NCBI GenBank assembly: GCA_945883775.1
Contig: CAMCYG010000006.1
Coordinates: 1-45,998 of the forward strand
Reading direction: 5' to 3'
Length of the DNA: 45,998 bases
From: Victivallis vadensis
GTDB taxonomy: Bacteria > Verrucomicrobiota > Kiritimatiellia > UBA8416 > CAMCYG01
Positions 17,821 to 27,856 of this stretch are shown here, in pieces. Numbering within the stretch: the stretch's first letter is position 1; each line of letters opens with the position of its first letter. The notes beneath the pieces were generated by a model. That model ran no database searches. It saw only the letters and a list, made by a program, of their open reading frames with translations, and was not told the DNA's origin. Both the position numbers and the translations under genes were made by a program.

Positions 17821-19599
17821 ATGTCTTCGGCCGAGAAGGTGAGCTCTGTTCAGATAGTCTTGCACGGAATCGGGGTATCGCCTGGAGTAGTGTTCGGTCC
17901 TGCCTTTCTTCTGTCATCACGGGCTCTGCAGGTTATAGAGTATAACATAGCAGAGAACGAGATCGACTTGCACATATCCCGTTTCGAGGATGCCATAATC
18001 GAGACACGTAAGCAGATTAAGAAGCTTCAGAATAATCTGGAGAAGCTCAGCGACATTCACGACGCCAGTATTCTGGATGCGCATCTTATGGTCCTGGATG
18101 ATATGACATTTATCGAGGACGTGGTTAACACTGTCAGGCGCGACAGAAAGAACATCGAATTTGTGGTTAATCTTGTTTCTGAGAAATATGCCCAAGTGCT
18201 GGCCGCAGTTAATGACGATTATCTCAGGGAAAGGGTAGCGGACGTAAAAGATGTCGCGCGGCGGTTGATGAGGATTCTGTCCGGAGATTTTGACAATGCA
18301 CTGCATGATCTCAAGCATAAGCATATTATTGTAAGCGCCGACCTTGCGCCCTCAGAAACGGCTTCGCTCAGGAAGGATATGGTCCTTGGCTTTGTAACGA
18401 ACATGGGCAGTCCGACTTCGCATACCGCCGTGATGGCCCGTGCGCTGGAGATACCTGCGATAGTTGCTCTAAAAAATGTCACAGAGAACGTTAAGAACGG
18501 CGATCAGATTCTCATAGACGGCAATAAGGGTGTGCTGATCATTAATCCAGATGAGGATCAGCTCGAGAAATACGGAAAGCTGTCTGAATTCAGGAAGAGC
18601 ATAGAGCGTGGGCTCGCCAACCTTAAGCTTCAGCCGGCCAGGACGATTGACGGCCGTAAGATTACATTATGTGCTAATATTGAAGGAACCAGCGAACTTG
18701 ATTCCATAAAAGAACACGGTGCGGATGGGGTGGGGCTTTTTAGGACTGAGTACCTGTATCTTGCCCAGAACAAGAGGGTCAGCGAGGAAGACCAGATAGA
18801 GTCTTATGCCGATGCTGCAAATGCTGTCTTCCCTAATCATGTTATAATCAGGACATTCGACCTTGGCGGTGACAAGTATATTCCCGATGCGCATATAGCC
18901 AAAGAGGCCAATCCTTTCCTGGGTTGCAGATCTATAAGAATGTCTCTTCTTTATCCTGAAGAGTTTAAGAAGCAGTTGAGAGCGATCCTGCGCGCAAGCC
19001 ACAGGAAGAATGTCAAAATAATGTACCCCATGATTTCCAATGCGCAGGAGGTCGTGAAGGCTAACGAGCTGCTTGAGGAGGCGAAAGGCGAACTTCGCAG
19101 AAGCGGCGTTTCATTCGACGAGGAAATAGATGTTGGTGCGATGATAGAAATCCCTGCGGCAGCCCTTACAGCGGAGATAATAGCTGAACATGTCGACTTC
19201 TTCAGCCTTGGCACAAATGATCTTATTCAGTACACAGTGGCTGTTGACAGGGTGAATGAACGTGTGGCATACTTGTACGAACCTACTCATCTTGCCGTTC
19301 TTCGGCTTATACAGAGGACGATAGATGTTGGGCATAAGAATAATATCTGGGTCGGCATCTGCGGTGAGATGGCAGCTGATCCGGTGCTTACTCCTCTGCT
19401 GATAGGCATGGGTGTGGATGAGATGAGCGTTGCTCCTTCTATGGTGCCTTTGATAAAGGACGCCATAAGGAGTGTTTCGTACGAGCAATGCAAAGAGCTT
19501 GCGGAGAAGGCGATGGAGTGCAAGACGGCGGTGGAAGTGCTCAGCATATGCAGAAAGATGCTGAAGGACGTGGCGCCTGAATTGTTGGAATTGACATAA
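17821..19599 (+). CDS. ptsI: PEP-protein phosphotransferase (PTS enzyme I)
   Basis: TSHTAVMARAL, GVGLFRTE, EANPFLGCR, MIEIP, GTNDLIQY, ICGEMA; no GAF domain; GAGGAG RBS before ATG 17821. Confidence 0.96.
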   Translation: MSSAEKVSSVQIVLHGIGVSPGVVFGPAFLLSSRALQVIEYNIAENEIDLHISRFEDAIIETRKQIKKLQNNLEKLSDIHDASILDAHLMVLDDMTFIEDVVNTVRRDRKNIEFVVNLVSEKYAQVLAAVNDDYLRERVADVKDVARRLMRILSGDFDNALHDLKHKHIIVSADLAPSETASLRKDMVLGFVTNMGSPTSHTAVMARALEIPAIVALKNVTENVKNGDQILIDGNKGVLIINPDEDQLEKYGKLSEFRKSIERGLANLKLQPARTIDGRKITLCANIEGTSELDSIKEHGADGVGLFRTEYLYLAQNKRVSEEDQIESYADAANAVFPNHVIIRTFDLGGDKYIPDAHIAKEANPFLGCRSIRMSLLYPEEFKKQLRAILRASHRKNVKIMYPMISNAQEVVKANELLEEAKGELRRSGVSFDEEIDVGAMIEIPAAALTAEIIAEHVDFFSLGTNDLIQYTVAVDRVNERVAYLYEPTHLAVLRLIQRTIDVGHKNNIWVGICGEMAADPVLTPLLIGMGVDEMSVAPSMVPLIKDAIRSVSYEQCKELAEKAMECKTAVEVLSICRKMLKDVAPELLELT

Positions 19600-19632
19600 T
19601 TGAGTATATAAATACAACTGGAGGATAGTGTT

Positions 19633-20805
19633 ATGATGAAGAAGGGAAGAATGGTTTTTACATCCGAATCTGTAACCGAAGGGCATCCTGACAAAGTTGC
19701 CGATGGTATATCTGATGCAGTGCTTGATGCTCATCTCAAGCTGGATAAGCGCTCACGCGTTGCCTGTGAGACATTAGTCAGCACCGGCATGGTGGTGATA
19801 GCAGGAGAGATCACCAGTACCGGCATGGTCAATTATGCAGACGTGGCCAGGGATAAGATCCGCAGGATTGGTTACAACAATCCTGATGACGGTTTCAGCG
19901 CAGATTCATGCGCGGTATTTGTAACAGTAGGAACACAGTCGCCTGATATTTCACAGGGCGTTACAGCTGGCAAGGGACTCTTCAAGGATCAGGGCGCCGG
20001 TGATCAGGGAATGATGTTCGGCTATGCCTGCAATGAGACGAAGGAATTAATGCCTATGCCTATCATGTATTCGCATAAGCTCTGCCGGCAGCTCAGCGCA
20101 GTCAGGAAGAGTGGTAAAGTTCCTTTCTTCAAACCCGACGGCAAGTCTCAAGTCACAATCATGTACGAGGATGGAAAACCTGTAGGAATCGACACGATTG
20201 TTGTGTCAACACAGCATGATGCATCAGCGAGCTACAAAAAGGTCCGTGACGCGGTTATGGACGAGGTCATCAGCAAGGTCATTCCTGCGAGGATGATGAC
20301 AAGCAAGACAAGGTATTTTGTGAATCCGACCGGCCGGTTTGTTGTGGGAGGTCCGCATGGTGATTCAGGCCTCACAGGGCGTAAGATCATTGTGGATACA
20401 TACGGCGGAATGGGCAGGCACGGCGGTGGCGCCTTCTCGGGTAAGGACCCGTCGAAAGTCGACAGGAGCGCCTGCTACATGGCACGTTACATCGCCAAAA
20501 ACATAGTGGCCGCGAAACTGGCCGATAGGTGTGAGGTTCAACTCGCTTATGCAATAGGCTATCCTGACCCGGTTTCAGTGCTTGTCGATACCTTCGGAAC
20601 ATCAAGCGTTCCGGAGTTGAAGATAGAGAGGGCGGTAAGGAAAGTATTTGGATTGCGGCCAGCCGAGATCATTGATCAGTTGAAACTCATGCGTCCGATA
20701 TATGAGCCGACATCGTCCTATGGTCATTTCGGCAGAACGACCGAGCTTGATACATTCACATGGGAGAAGACCAATAAGGTCGCGGCACTTAACGCTTCCG
20801 TTTAA
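19633..20805 (+). CDS. metK: S-adenosylmethionine synthetase
   Basis: [35 protein letters not shown]. Confidence 0.98.
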   Translation: MMKKGRMVFTSESVTEGHPDKVADGISDAVLDAHLKLDKRSRVACETLVSTGMVVIAGEITSTGMVNYADVARDKIRRIGYNNPDDGFSADSCAVFVTVGTQSPDISQGVTAGKGLFKDQGAGDQGMMFGYACNETKELMPMPIMYSHKLCRQLSAVRKSGKVPFFKPDGKSQVTIMYEDGKPVGIDTIVVSTQHDASASYKKVRDAVMDEVISKVIPARMMTSKTRYFVNPTGRFVVGGPHGDSGLTGRKIIVDTYGGMGRHGGGAFSGKDPSKVDRSACYMARYIAKNIVAAKLADRCEVQLAYAIGYPDPVSVLVDTFGTSSVPELKIERAVRKVFGLRPAEIIDQLKLMRPIYEPTSSYGHFGRTTELDTFTWEKTNKVAALNASV

Positions 20806-20838
20806 TATCTCTGGAAATACAAGGAAGGACATTTCAGT

Positions 20839-22251
20839 ATGGCAGCCAAGAAAAACAATAAAGATTATGTGATTGCGGATATTTCGCTGGCCAGACTCGG
20901 CCACGATGAGATGACTCTAGCCAAGGAGGAAATGCCCGGGCTGAAAAACATATGCCTGGAATTCGGCAAGAGCAAGCCGCTTAAGGGTGCGCGGGTCAGC
21001 GGTTCGTTGCACATGACTATACAGACGGCAGTGTTGATAGATACGTTGAAGAGCCTCGGAGCGGATGTCAGGTGGGCGAGTTGCAATATATACTCTACGC
21101 AGGATCATGCCGCTTCTGCCATAGCTGATTTGGGTATTCCGGTTTTTGCAAAGAAAGGCGAAACACTGGAAGAATACTGGGATTATACCGATCGTATGCT
21201 TGACTGGGGTGGCGGTAAGGGCCCGAACATGATTGTCGACGATGGCGGCGATGCCACACTCTTCATTCATCTTGGCTATGCTGCCGAGAACGATCCTTCT
21301 GTTCTGAACAAAAAGCCGGAAAGCCATGAGGAGAAGGTTCTACTTGCACAGCTCAAGAAAGCGGTTAAAAAGAATAAAGGCCGTTTCCATCGGATGGTCA
21401 AGGATATCAGGGGTGTTTCTGAGGAGACAACAACGGGCGTTCACAGATTGTACAGGATGCATGAGAAGGGCGAGTTGCTGTTCCCTGCATTCAATGTGAA
21501 TGATGCGGTTACCAAGTCGAAGTTCGATAATCTGTATGGCTGCAGGCATTCGCTTGTAGACGGTATTGCCAGGGCTACTGATGTTATGATCGCAGGCAAG
21601 GTCTGCGTTGTTGCGGGCTATGGCGATGTGGGTAAGGGTTGCTGTCAGGCTCTGCGCGGACAGGGGGCCAGAGTGATAGTAACAGAGATAGACCCGATCT
21701 GTGCCTTGCAGGCTCTTATGGAAGGCTATACGGTAATGCCCATGGATGAGGCTTGTCTCATAGGCGATATATTCGTAACCTCAACCGGCTGTTGCGATGT
21801 CATTACGGAAAAGCATATGAGGAAGATGAAGGATCTCGCGATAGTGTGCAACATCGGCCATTTCGACAGCGAGATACAGATCGAGAGCATGATGAAGTAC
21901 AAGTGGCATGAGATGAAGCCGCAGGTCGACATTGTGACTATGCCTGGGGGCAAACGTTTGATCATTCTGGCCAAGGGCCGGCTGGTTAATCTGGGTTGTG
22001 CCACAGGGCATCCTAGTTTCGTAATGTCCAACAGCTTCACATGCCAGACCATGGCGCAGATAGAGCTGTTTACTAAATACGGCAAATATAAACCCGGAGT
22101 TTACGTACTGCCCAAGCTTCTTGATGAGAAGGTGGCTAAACTGCATGTCGACAAGCTTGGCGCAAAGCTTGAGACTTTATCCACCAAACAGGCGGATTAC
22201 CTGGGCGTTAGTAGAAAAGGTCCATTTAAGCTTGATACCTACAGGTATTAA
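20839..22251 (+). CDS. ahcY: Adenosylhomocysteinase
   Basis: [55 protein letters not shown]. Confidence 0.98.
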   Translation: MAAKKNNKDYVIADISLARLGHDEMTLAKEEMPGLKNICLEFGKSKPLKGARVSGSLHMTIQTAVLIDTLKSLGADVRWASCNIYSTQDHAASAIADLGIPVFAKKGETLEEYWDYTDRMLDWGGGKGPNMIVDDGGDATLFIHLGYAAENDPSVLNKKPESHEEKVLLAQLKKAVKKNKGRFHRMVKDIRGVSEETTTGVHRLYRMHEKGELLFPAFNVNDAVTKSKFDNLYGCRHSLVDGIARATDVMIAGKVCVVAGYGDVGKGCCQALRGQGARVIVTEIDPICALQALMEGYTVMPMDEACLIGDIFVTSTGCCDVITEKHMRKMKDLAIVCNIGHFDSEIQIESMMKYKWHEMKPQVDIVTMPGGKRLIILAKGRLVNLGCATGHPSFVMSNSFTCQTMAQIELFTKYGKYKPGVYVLPKLLDEKVAKLHVDKLGAKLETLSTKQADYLGVSRKGPFKLDTYRY

Positions 22252-22312
22252 GATCGATAGTTTAATGTTGATGTTATAGTGGTTTTTGGTATTTTTAGCG
22301 GAAATCTAGGAG

Positions 22313-23743
22313 GTGTTCATGAGTTCTGTATGGAAAAAGTATGCTGTTGCAGTTTTTGCGTTGCTGATGTTTACAGGAGTAAGAAATTCTGTTGCAGCAA
22401 TAGAGCCGGATAACGAGGCTAAATGGTATGTCAGCCCATTGATTGGATGGCATGATTTTGAAGGCGATGAGTGGGTGGATGACAGCGTCGTGATCGGCGC
22501 GCGTGTCGGCTATGATTGGACGGAGTGGTTAACACTGGAAGGTTGCATGCGGTTTATGCCGAGTGTTGACGGTCAGGATTTCGGCTATCAGATAGAGGAT
22601 ACAACAGGTGACAGGGTCATGGATATAAATCCAAATTATGCACCATACATTCCTGCTTCTGAAAGGACCGAAGGAAATGTTGTCACTCTAAATAAACTGG
22701 AAGCTTATACGGGCGAGACAAGTACGTGGGGCATGGGATTGTCTGCTGACGCGCTTTATCACTTTACCCGGTGGGAACGGCTTGATCCTTTCGTTTCGCT
22801 AGGAGTGGGCTTTAATTTCTACGGTGAGGATATAAATGATGATCCCGCCATTTTCTACGGTTCGGCGGGCTATGGTGTGATGTATCACTTCAATGACGAG
22901 TGGGGCGCACGGGTTGATGGGCGGTATTATTTCTCGCCTAATGAGACAGAAAACAATTCGTCCTTGGATGCGGGCGTAGTGTGGTACTGGGATGCGAACG
23001 TTCCATATAAGATGCTGGCAACTGGCGGCCCTCAAGACAGTGATGGGGATGGATTGCTTGATGCCGAGGAGCTTGAGTTGGGCACAAATCCTTATGATCC
23101 CGACACGGACAAAGATGATTTGAAAGATGGACCAGAGGTCAAGACATATAAGACTGATCCTCTGAATAAGGATACTGACATGGATATGCTGACTGACGGG
23201 CAGGAAGTGTTGAAGTATGCTACTGACCCGATTAAAGCGGATACGGATGATGGCGGTGTTATCGATGGACACGAAGTTCTCGAAGACGGAACCAATCCTT
23301 TAGAGAAGTCAGATGATCTGATGCTCTTCACTCTTTATATACAGTTTGATTATGACAAATCCGAGGTAAAGCCTCAGTATCATAACCAGATAGATGTGAT
23401 TGCCAAGGTCATGAGCAGACATCCCGGTTCAACAGCCACGGTTGAGGGGCATGCGGATCAGACTAAAAAGTCCACCGAACGACATAATAAGAAGCTGTCG
23501 CAGGAGCGGGCGCAATCTGTGGCAAACTATATTTCCAAGATTCCAGGCAGAAGCGTCTCAAAAGACCGTCTGTCGGCAGTTGGTTATGGTTATTCCAGGC
23601 CTAAGGTGAAGCCTGATCTGATCAACGGAAACCCTGAGAACAGACGCGTTGATGTATATATCAAAGGCGCAAATGGCGATAGGGGAGAGGCGCTCCCAGA
23701 GGCTCCGTCAGCTCCCGCTCCGGAAAAGCCAGAGAATAAGTAG
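22313..23743 (+). CDS. OmpA-family outer membrane protein (beta-barrel, Asp-rich Ca-binding repeats, peptidoglycan-binding domain)
   Basis: Signal peptide; aromatic beta strands; repeats DSDGDGLLDAEE / DTDKDDLKDGPE / DTDMDMLTDGQE / DTDDGGVIDGHE; FDYDKS, VEGHAD, LSQERA, NRRVD. Confidence 0.92.
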   Translation: MFMSSVWKKYAVAVFALLMFTGVRNSVAAIEPDNEAKWYVSPLIGWHDFEGDEWVDDSVVIGARVGYDWTEWLTLEGCMRFMPSVDGQDFGYQIEDTTGDRVMDINPNYAPYIPASERTEGNVVTLNKLEAYTGETSTWGMGLSADALYHFTRWERLDPFVSLGVGFNFYGEDINDDPAIFYGSAGYGVMYHFNDEWGARVDGRYYFSPNETENNSSLDAGVVWYWDANVPYKMLATGGPQDSDGDGLLDAEELELGTNPYDPDTDKDDLKDGPEVKTYKTDPLNKDTDMDMLTDGQEVLKYATDPIKADTDDGGVIDGHEVLEDGTNPLEKSDDLMLFTLYIQFDYDKSEVKPQYHNQIDVIAKVMSRHPGSTATVEGHADQTKKSTERHNKKLSQERAQSVANYISKIPGRSVSKDRLSAVGYGYSRPKVKPDLINGNPENRRVDVYIKGANGDRGEALPEAPSAPAPEKPENK

Positions 23744-23765
23744 CAGTTTCAATATTTGCAAAGAT

Positions 23766-23798
23766 GATACGGCCGGTGTAAACCGGCCGTATCCTTTT
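23766..23798 (+). terminator. Rho-independent terminator after the OmpA gene
   Basis: GATACGGCCGGT-gtaa-ACCGGCCGTATC followed by CTTTT. Confidence 0.85.
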
Positions 23799-23924
23799 GT
23801 AGACAGATGGTGACCGTAGGAATACAATGTCTGGTATGTTTAGCTCAGGTCTTGTCAAGAAAAGGCGCTTTTAGATTGCCAAGGAAAGAGCTAGGGTATA
23901 ACTTTAAATCTAAGGGGTTAGTAA

Positions 23925-24200
23925 ATGCCGACTTACGAGTATAAGTGTGAGAAATGCGGGCATGGTTTTGAACATTTTCAGAACATGTCAGATAAACGGC
24001 TCTCAAAGTGCCCAAAGTGCCGCGGGAAGTTAAAGCGGTTGTTGGGCGCCGGAGCAGGTATAATATTTAAGGGAAGTGGTTTCTATCAAACCGACTATGT
24101 GAAGAAGGCCCAGCCTTCTGTCGCCAGCGAAGATTCAGGCAGTAAGGCCAAATCTGAAGCGAAGGTTCAATCCAAAAAAGAAAGGCCGGGTTCGTCATGA
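23925..24200 (+). CDS. FmdB-family zinc-ribbon protein
   Basis: MPTYEYKCEKCGH...CPKCRG...IIFKGSGFYQTDY. Confidence 0.92.
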   Translation: MPTYEYKCEKCGHGFEHFQNMSDKRLSKCPKCRGKLKRLLGAGAGIIFKGSGFYQTDYVKKAQPSVASEDSGSKAKSEAKVQSKKERPGSS

Positions 24201-24883
24201 TCATATGCCCAAAGTGCGGAGCTGAGAATCAGCTTGGACGTGTATTCTGCGGAGGCTGTAGTTCTAAATTGGATCTAGATAGCATTAGTAGGCAGAACAT
24301 ATCGGATATGACTAAGGTCAGCTGGATCAGTCAGAACTGGAAGATGTTTCTGGTCATTCCGCTCGTCCTGCTGGTTGTCATTTTGGGATTGGCCTTCTGG
24401 CCTTCTGTTGATGAGATTGGTCAGAAAGGCACGCCAGGCGGATCGAAACGTGTGGAGAATGCATTGAGGATGCTCGGAAATCTGCGTGTCGGCCAGGTGT
24501 ATCCTCTACAGGAAATGAGAGAGCAGGACGTCAATGGATATATCGAGTATGCAAAAAAAGAGTTTGGGGCAACATTCCTTAGAGTTCAGCTGCTTCCCGG
24601 TGTGACCGTGGTCAAATTGGTGAAACCTCTCTTTAAAGACATAAAGATCGGCTCGCGGCTGTTCTCTCCGAAATTGTCATTTACTGTTTATTATATGCCG
24701 ATATCAGGAAAGCTTGTGTCCAGAAAAGCGACAATGGGACATCTACCGTTGGGGCCGCTAAAGGGATTGGCAAATGGCGTGATAGCAGGTTACGTTGCTT
24801 CCGCAAGTGAGCTTTTAGTTCTAAACGGTGCGACGGAAATAAAGATCGATCAGGGCAAGGTTGCGATTACGGTTAAGAAATGA
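24197..24883 (+). CDS. Zinc-ribbon membrane-anchored hypothetical protein
   Basis: CPKCGAEN...FCGGC then one TM segment; ATGA overlap with neighbours. Confidence 0.8.
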   Translation: MIICPKCGAENQLGRVFCGGCSSKLDLDSISRQNISDMTKVSWISQNWKMFLVIPLVLLVVILGLAFWPSVDEIGQKGTPGGSKRVENALRMLGNLRVGQVYPLQEMREQDVNGYIEYAKKEFGATFLRVQLLPGVTVVKLVKPLFKDIKIGSRLFSPKLSFTVYYMPISGKLVSRKATMGHLPLGPLKGLANGVIAGYVASASELLVLNGATEIKIDQGKVAITVKK

Positions 24884-26217
24884 TGCTTGGATTGCTAACC
24901 GGTACATGTGCCAGTATCTATTTTAGATTTAAGACGCTGCTTAACTGCCAGCAATTGCCTCGAATTTTTCGAGTTCATTCAAAATGGCATCTGAAGTACA
25001 CGGTGCTGAGTGTGGTGAGTTTATTCCTTGCAGGTGATCCTCTTCTGTTCAAAGAGACGATGCAGGACTTTAAGCCGGTTTCTAAGGGGAAGCCCATGCT
25101 TAACAAGAGCTCAACCCGGCGCTTTCATATCTATGGTTCGGATTCTGTCTTGAATCAAAAAATTGCAATGCTGTGCGAGGATGTTGCTTCAGGGGTCGAG
25201 CGATATCTGAGCTTGCAAGTGCCCGCTGGTCCTGGGGTGTTCAAAGTATTCCTGCATTCAGATGAAGAGGTTGACTCCGGTCGTTGTATAACTGCAGCAG
25301 AAATGGCAGATAATAAGGTTTGTTACACCATTCGGCTGGTCAATGTTGATGGAATAGAAGACGTTGATTTAATCAGATGTCTTGTGCGGCAATTGCTCAA
25401 TTGTCTGATTTATTCCCATATCCCGCAGGATAGAGTTGGCAATATGCGAATTGATTTGAAGGGCGTGCTATTACGGGATCTTGCGCCTTCATATATTGTC
25501 GAAGGTCTGCTTGGTAACATTCTGCCAGGTGCCAGAGCCCAAGCCGCCGCAGACGTGCTTGTCAGATGGCGTGATGGCAATCTTTCTGACTTGGACCGTT
25601 TGCTGGCGTTACCTCTCAATTCAACTGGGACTAATATTGTTTCTGATGTCAGCGCTGATCAAGCTGTTTCTACGCTTTTTCTGGATTGGATCAAAGGGTG
25701 GGATAGGAGTGGGGTCATTTTGCAGAGGCTGACCGCTGTTTATGCGAACAAGAGTTTTGTGACAACGGAAGATATCAGGATGTTAAATCCTAAGTTCAAG
25801 GGCTGGCAGGATTTGGTGCTTGAATGGGACAAGTACCTTTTAGGCAGACGGCGCTCAGTCCTCAATCCTGGGTCGTTCGATCGCGAGTCTATGGACAATT
25901 TTCGGAACCAGCTCGTGATATATCCTGGGCTTACAGGTATTCCGGCTGAAGACATGAAGGGAAGAGAGTGTTTATTTCTCTCGGACATCATCCCTTTGAA
26001 AAATAAGGACTGGGTAAAGGATTTTGCTGAAAGCAAAAGGGTTTCCCTGTGCTTGATTTCTGCCGGCAGAGGTGCAGAAATGCAGGACCTTGCCGAGGTA
26101 TATGGCGAATTCTTTGAATCGCTGGGTAACCGTGCAAGAGACTCAAAATTACGTAAATTGCTTGCCTTGGCGGAGGCGAAATTGAAGAAGATTTCAGATT
26201 CGCTGGAGAAGGAATGA
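24880..26217 (+). CDS. Hypothetical protein
   Basis: 445-aa ORF coupled to the upstream gene; start uncertain. Confidence 0.7.
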   Translation: MMLGLLTGTCASIYFRFKTLLNCQQLPRIFRVHSKWHLKYTVLSVVSLFLAGDPLLFKETMQDFKPVSKGKPMLNKSSTRRFHIYGSDSVLNQKIAMLCEDVASGVERYLSLQVPAGPGVFKVFLHSDEEVDSGRCITAAEMADNKVCYTIRLVNVDGIEDVDLIRCLVRQLLNCLIYSHIPQDRVGNMRIDLKGVLLRDLAPSYIVEGLLGNILPGARAQAAADVLVRWRDGNLSDLDRLLALPLNSTGTNIVSDVSADQAVSTLFLDWIKGWDRSGVILQRLTAVYANKSFVTTEDIRMLNPKFKGWQDLVLEWDKYLLGRRRSVLNPGSFDRESMDNFRNQLVIYPGLTGIPAEDMKGRECLFLSDIIPLKNKDWVKDFAESKRVSLCLISAGRGAEMQDLAEVYGEFFESLGNRARDSKLRKLLALAEAKLKKISDSLEKE

Positions 26218-26235
26218 TAATAACAATGGGCTACG

Positions 26236-27747
26236 TTAAGCTGAATGCCAGGCTAGCGAACGAACCAATGCATTCTTCCATCGGTCATAAAGAATATTGC
26301 GAGTGTTTGGCTTGAGCTTGGGAACATATCTCGTTCTGATGGCAATTTGATCTGTCAGTTCATGTATCCCGGACCAGAAACCGGTTGCAAGGCCGGCCAG
26401 GTATGCGGCTCCCATCGCGGTAGTTTCTGATACTCTGGGTACTTCGACCGGTACATTCAGTATGTCGGCCTGGAATTGCATCAGGAATCTGTTTGTAACA
26501 GCGCCCCCATCGACACGCAGTCTGCGCAGGCGGATCCCTGAATCTTTCTCCATGGCTTCCACGACATCTCTGGTCTGATAGCAAATGCTTTCAAGAGCAG
26601 CCCGTGCAATGTGATTTCTTTTTGTGCCTCTGGTCAGTCCGATTATCATGCCCCTTGCGTGCGGATCCCAGTAGGGGGCGCCAAGTCCGGTTAGAGCCGG
26701 AACGAAATATACTTCCTCGTTGGATGCTATGCTCCTCGCAAGCCCTTCTGTCTCAGAGGCCTGATTGATTATGCCAAGCCCATCTCTCAGCCATTGTATT
26801 GCGGCGCCTGTTGTGAATATGGAGCCCTCTATTGCGTATTGCACAGGTGCGCTGCCCAATCTCCACGCTATCGTTGTTAGCAGTCTATGTCGGCTCTTTA
26901 CTGGTGTGTTTCCTGTGTTCATTAATAAAAAGGAGCCGGTTCCGTAAGTGTTCTTGGCTGAGCCCGGTGTGTAACAGGTCTGGCCGAACAGGGCGGCCTG
27001 CTGATCCCCCGCGACCCCGGCAATGGGCACTCGTTTCCCGAAGAAGACTTTCGGGTCGGTTTCTCCTATGATTTTCGATGACGGGCAAATATCAGGAAGG
27101 ATGGCCGCTGGTATATCCAGTCTATTTAGTATGCTTTTGTCCCAGGCCAGCTTTCTGATGTTGTATAGCATTGTCCTGGAGGCGTTGGAGTAATCTGTAA
27201 CGTGACATGCTCCGCCAGTCAGCTTCCATATCAGCCAGGAATCGATTGTCCCGAAAGCCAGGTCTCCTTCAGCTGCCGCCTTTCCTGCGCCCTTTATGTT
27301 GTCCAGCATCCATCTCACTTTTGTTGCAGAGAAATAGGGGTCTATGAGTAATCCTGTCTTGTCCTGCCAGATTGGCTCCAACCTTTCCTGTCTCAGTTCA
27401 GCGCAGAGATCGGCGGTCCGTCTGTCCTGCCAGACAATGGCATTGCCGATGGGTCTGCCCGAATGCCTGTTCCATATCACGGAAGTCTCGCGCTGGTTTG
27501 TGATGCCTATGCTCGCTATCTGGTCAGCCGGGATGTTGGCCTTTTTTAAGGCGGTCTTGATTAAGCTTAAGGTCACAGTCCATATTTCTTCGGGATTGTG
27601 CTCAACCCAGCCAGGTTTCGGAAAGTACTGTGTAAATTCAGAGTAAGCTCTGCTTGCAACTCTGCATTTTCTGTTGAAAATGATTACTGTTGAACCGGTT
27701 GTGCCCTGATCGATTGCCAGTACGTATCTATTCTTGGTTTCAGTCAT
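26236..27747 (-). CDS. glpK: Glycerol kinase
   Basis: AIDQGTTGS, GITNQRET, AIVWQDRRT, YFSATK, TDYSNASRTML, GDQQAALFGQ, KNTYGTG. Confidence 0.97.
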   Translation of the reverse strand: MTETKNRYVLAIDQGTTGSTVIIFNRKCRVASRAYSEFTQYFPKPGWVEHNPEEIWTVTLSLIKTALKKANIPADQIASIGITNQRETSVIWNRHSGRPIGNAIVWQDRRTADLCAELRQERLEPIWQDKTGLLIDPYFSATKVRWMLDNIKGAGKAAAEGDLAFGTIDSWLIWKLTGGACHVTDYSNASRTMLYNIRKLAWDKSILNRLDIPAAILPDICPSSKIIGETDPKVFFGKRVPIAGVAGDQQAALFGQTCYTPGSAKNTYGTGSFLLMNTGNTPVKSRHRLLTTIAWRLGSAPVQYAIEGSIFTTGAAIQWLRDGLGIINQASETEGLARSIASNEEVYFVPALTGLGAPYWDPHARGMIIGLTRGTKRNHIARAALESICYQTRDVVEAMEKDSGIRLRRLRVDGGAVTNRFLMQFQADILNVPVEVPRVSETTAMGAAYLAGLATGFWSGIHELTDQIAIRTRYVPKLKPNTRNILYDRWKNALVRSLAWHSA

Positions 27748-27856
27748 AATAAAATCCACAATTAGTTTGCAAGCAGGGTGATTAATTGTTAAGTATTAAA
27801 CGTTTTTTTTGTGGCAGTTGGAAGCTAAATGTAACAACAATAAACGCGGGGAGAGT

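Noticed and set aside
19600-19632. SAM riboswitch before metK (or SAH riboswitch before ahcY)
   Set aside because: Both intergenic gaps are only about 33 bp, too short for these aptamers.
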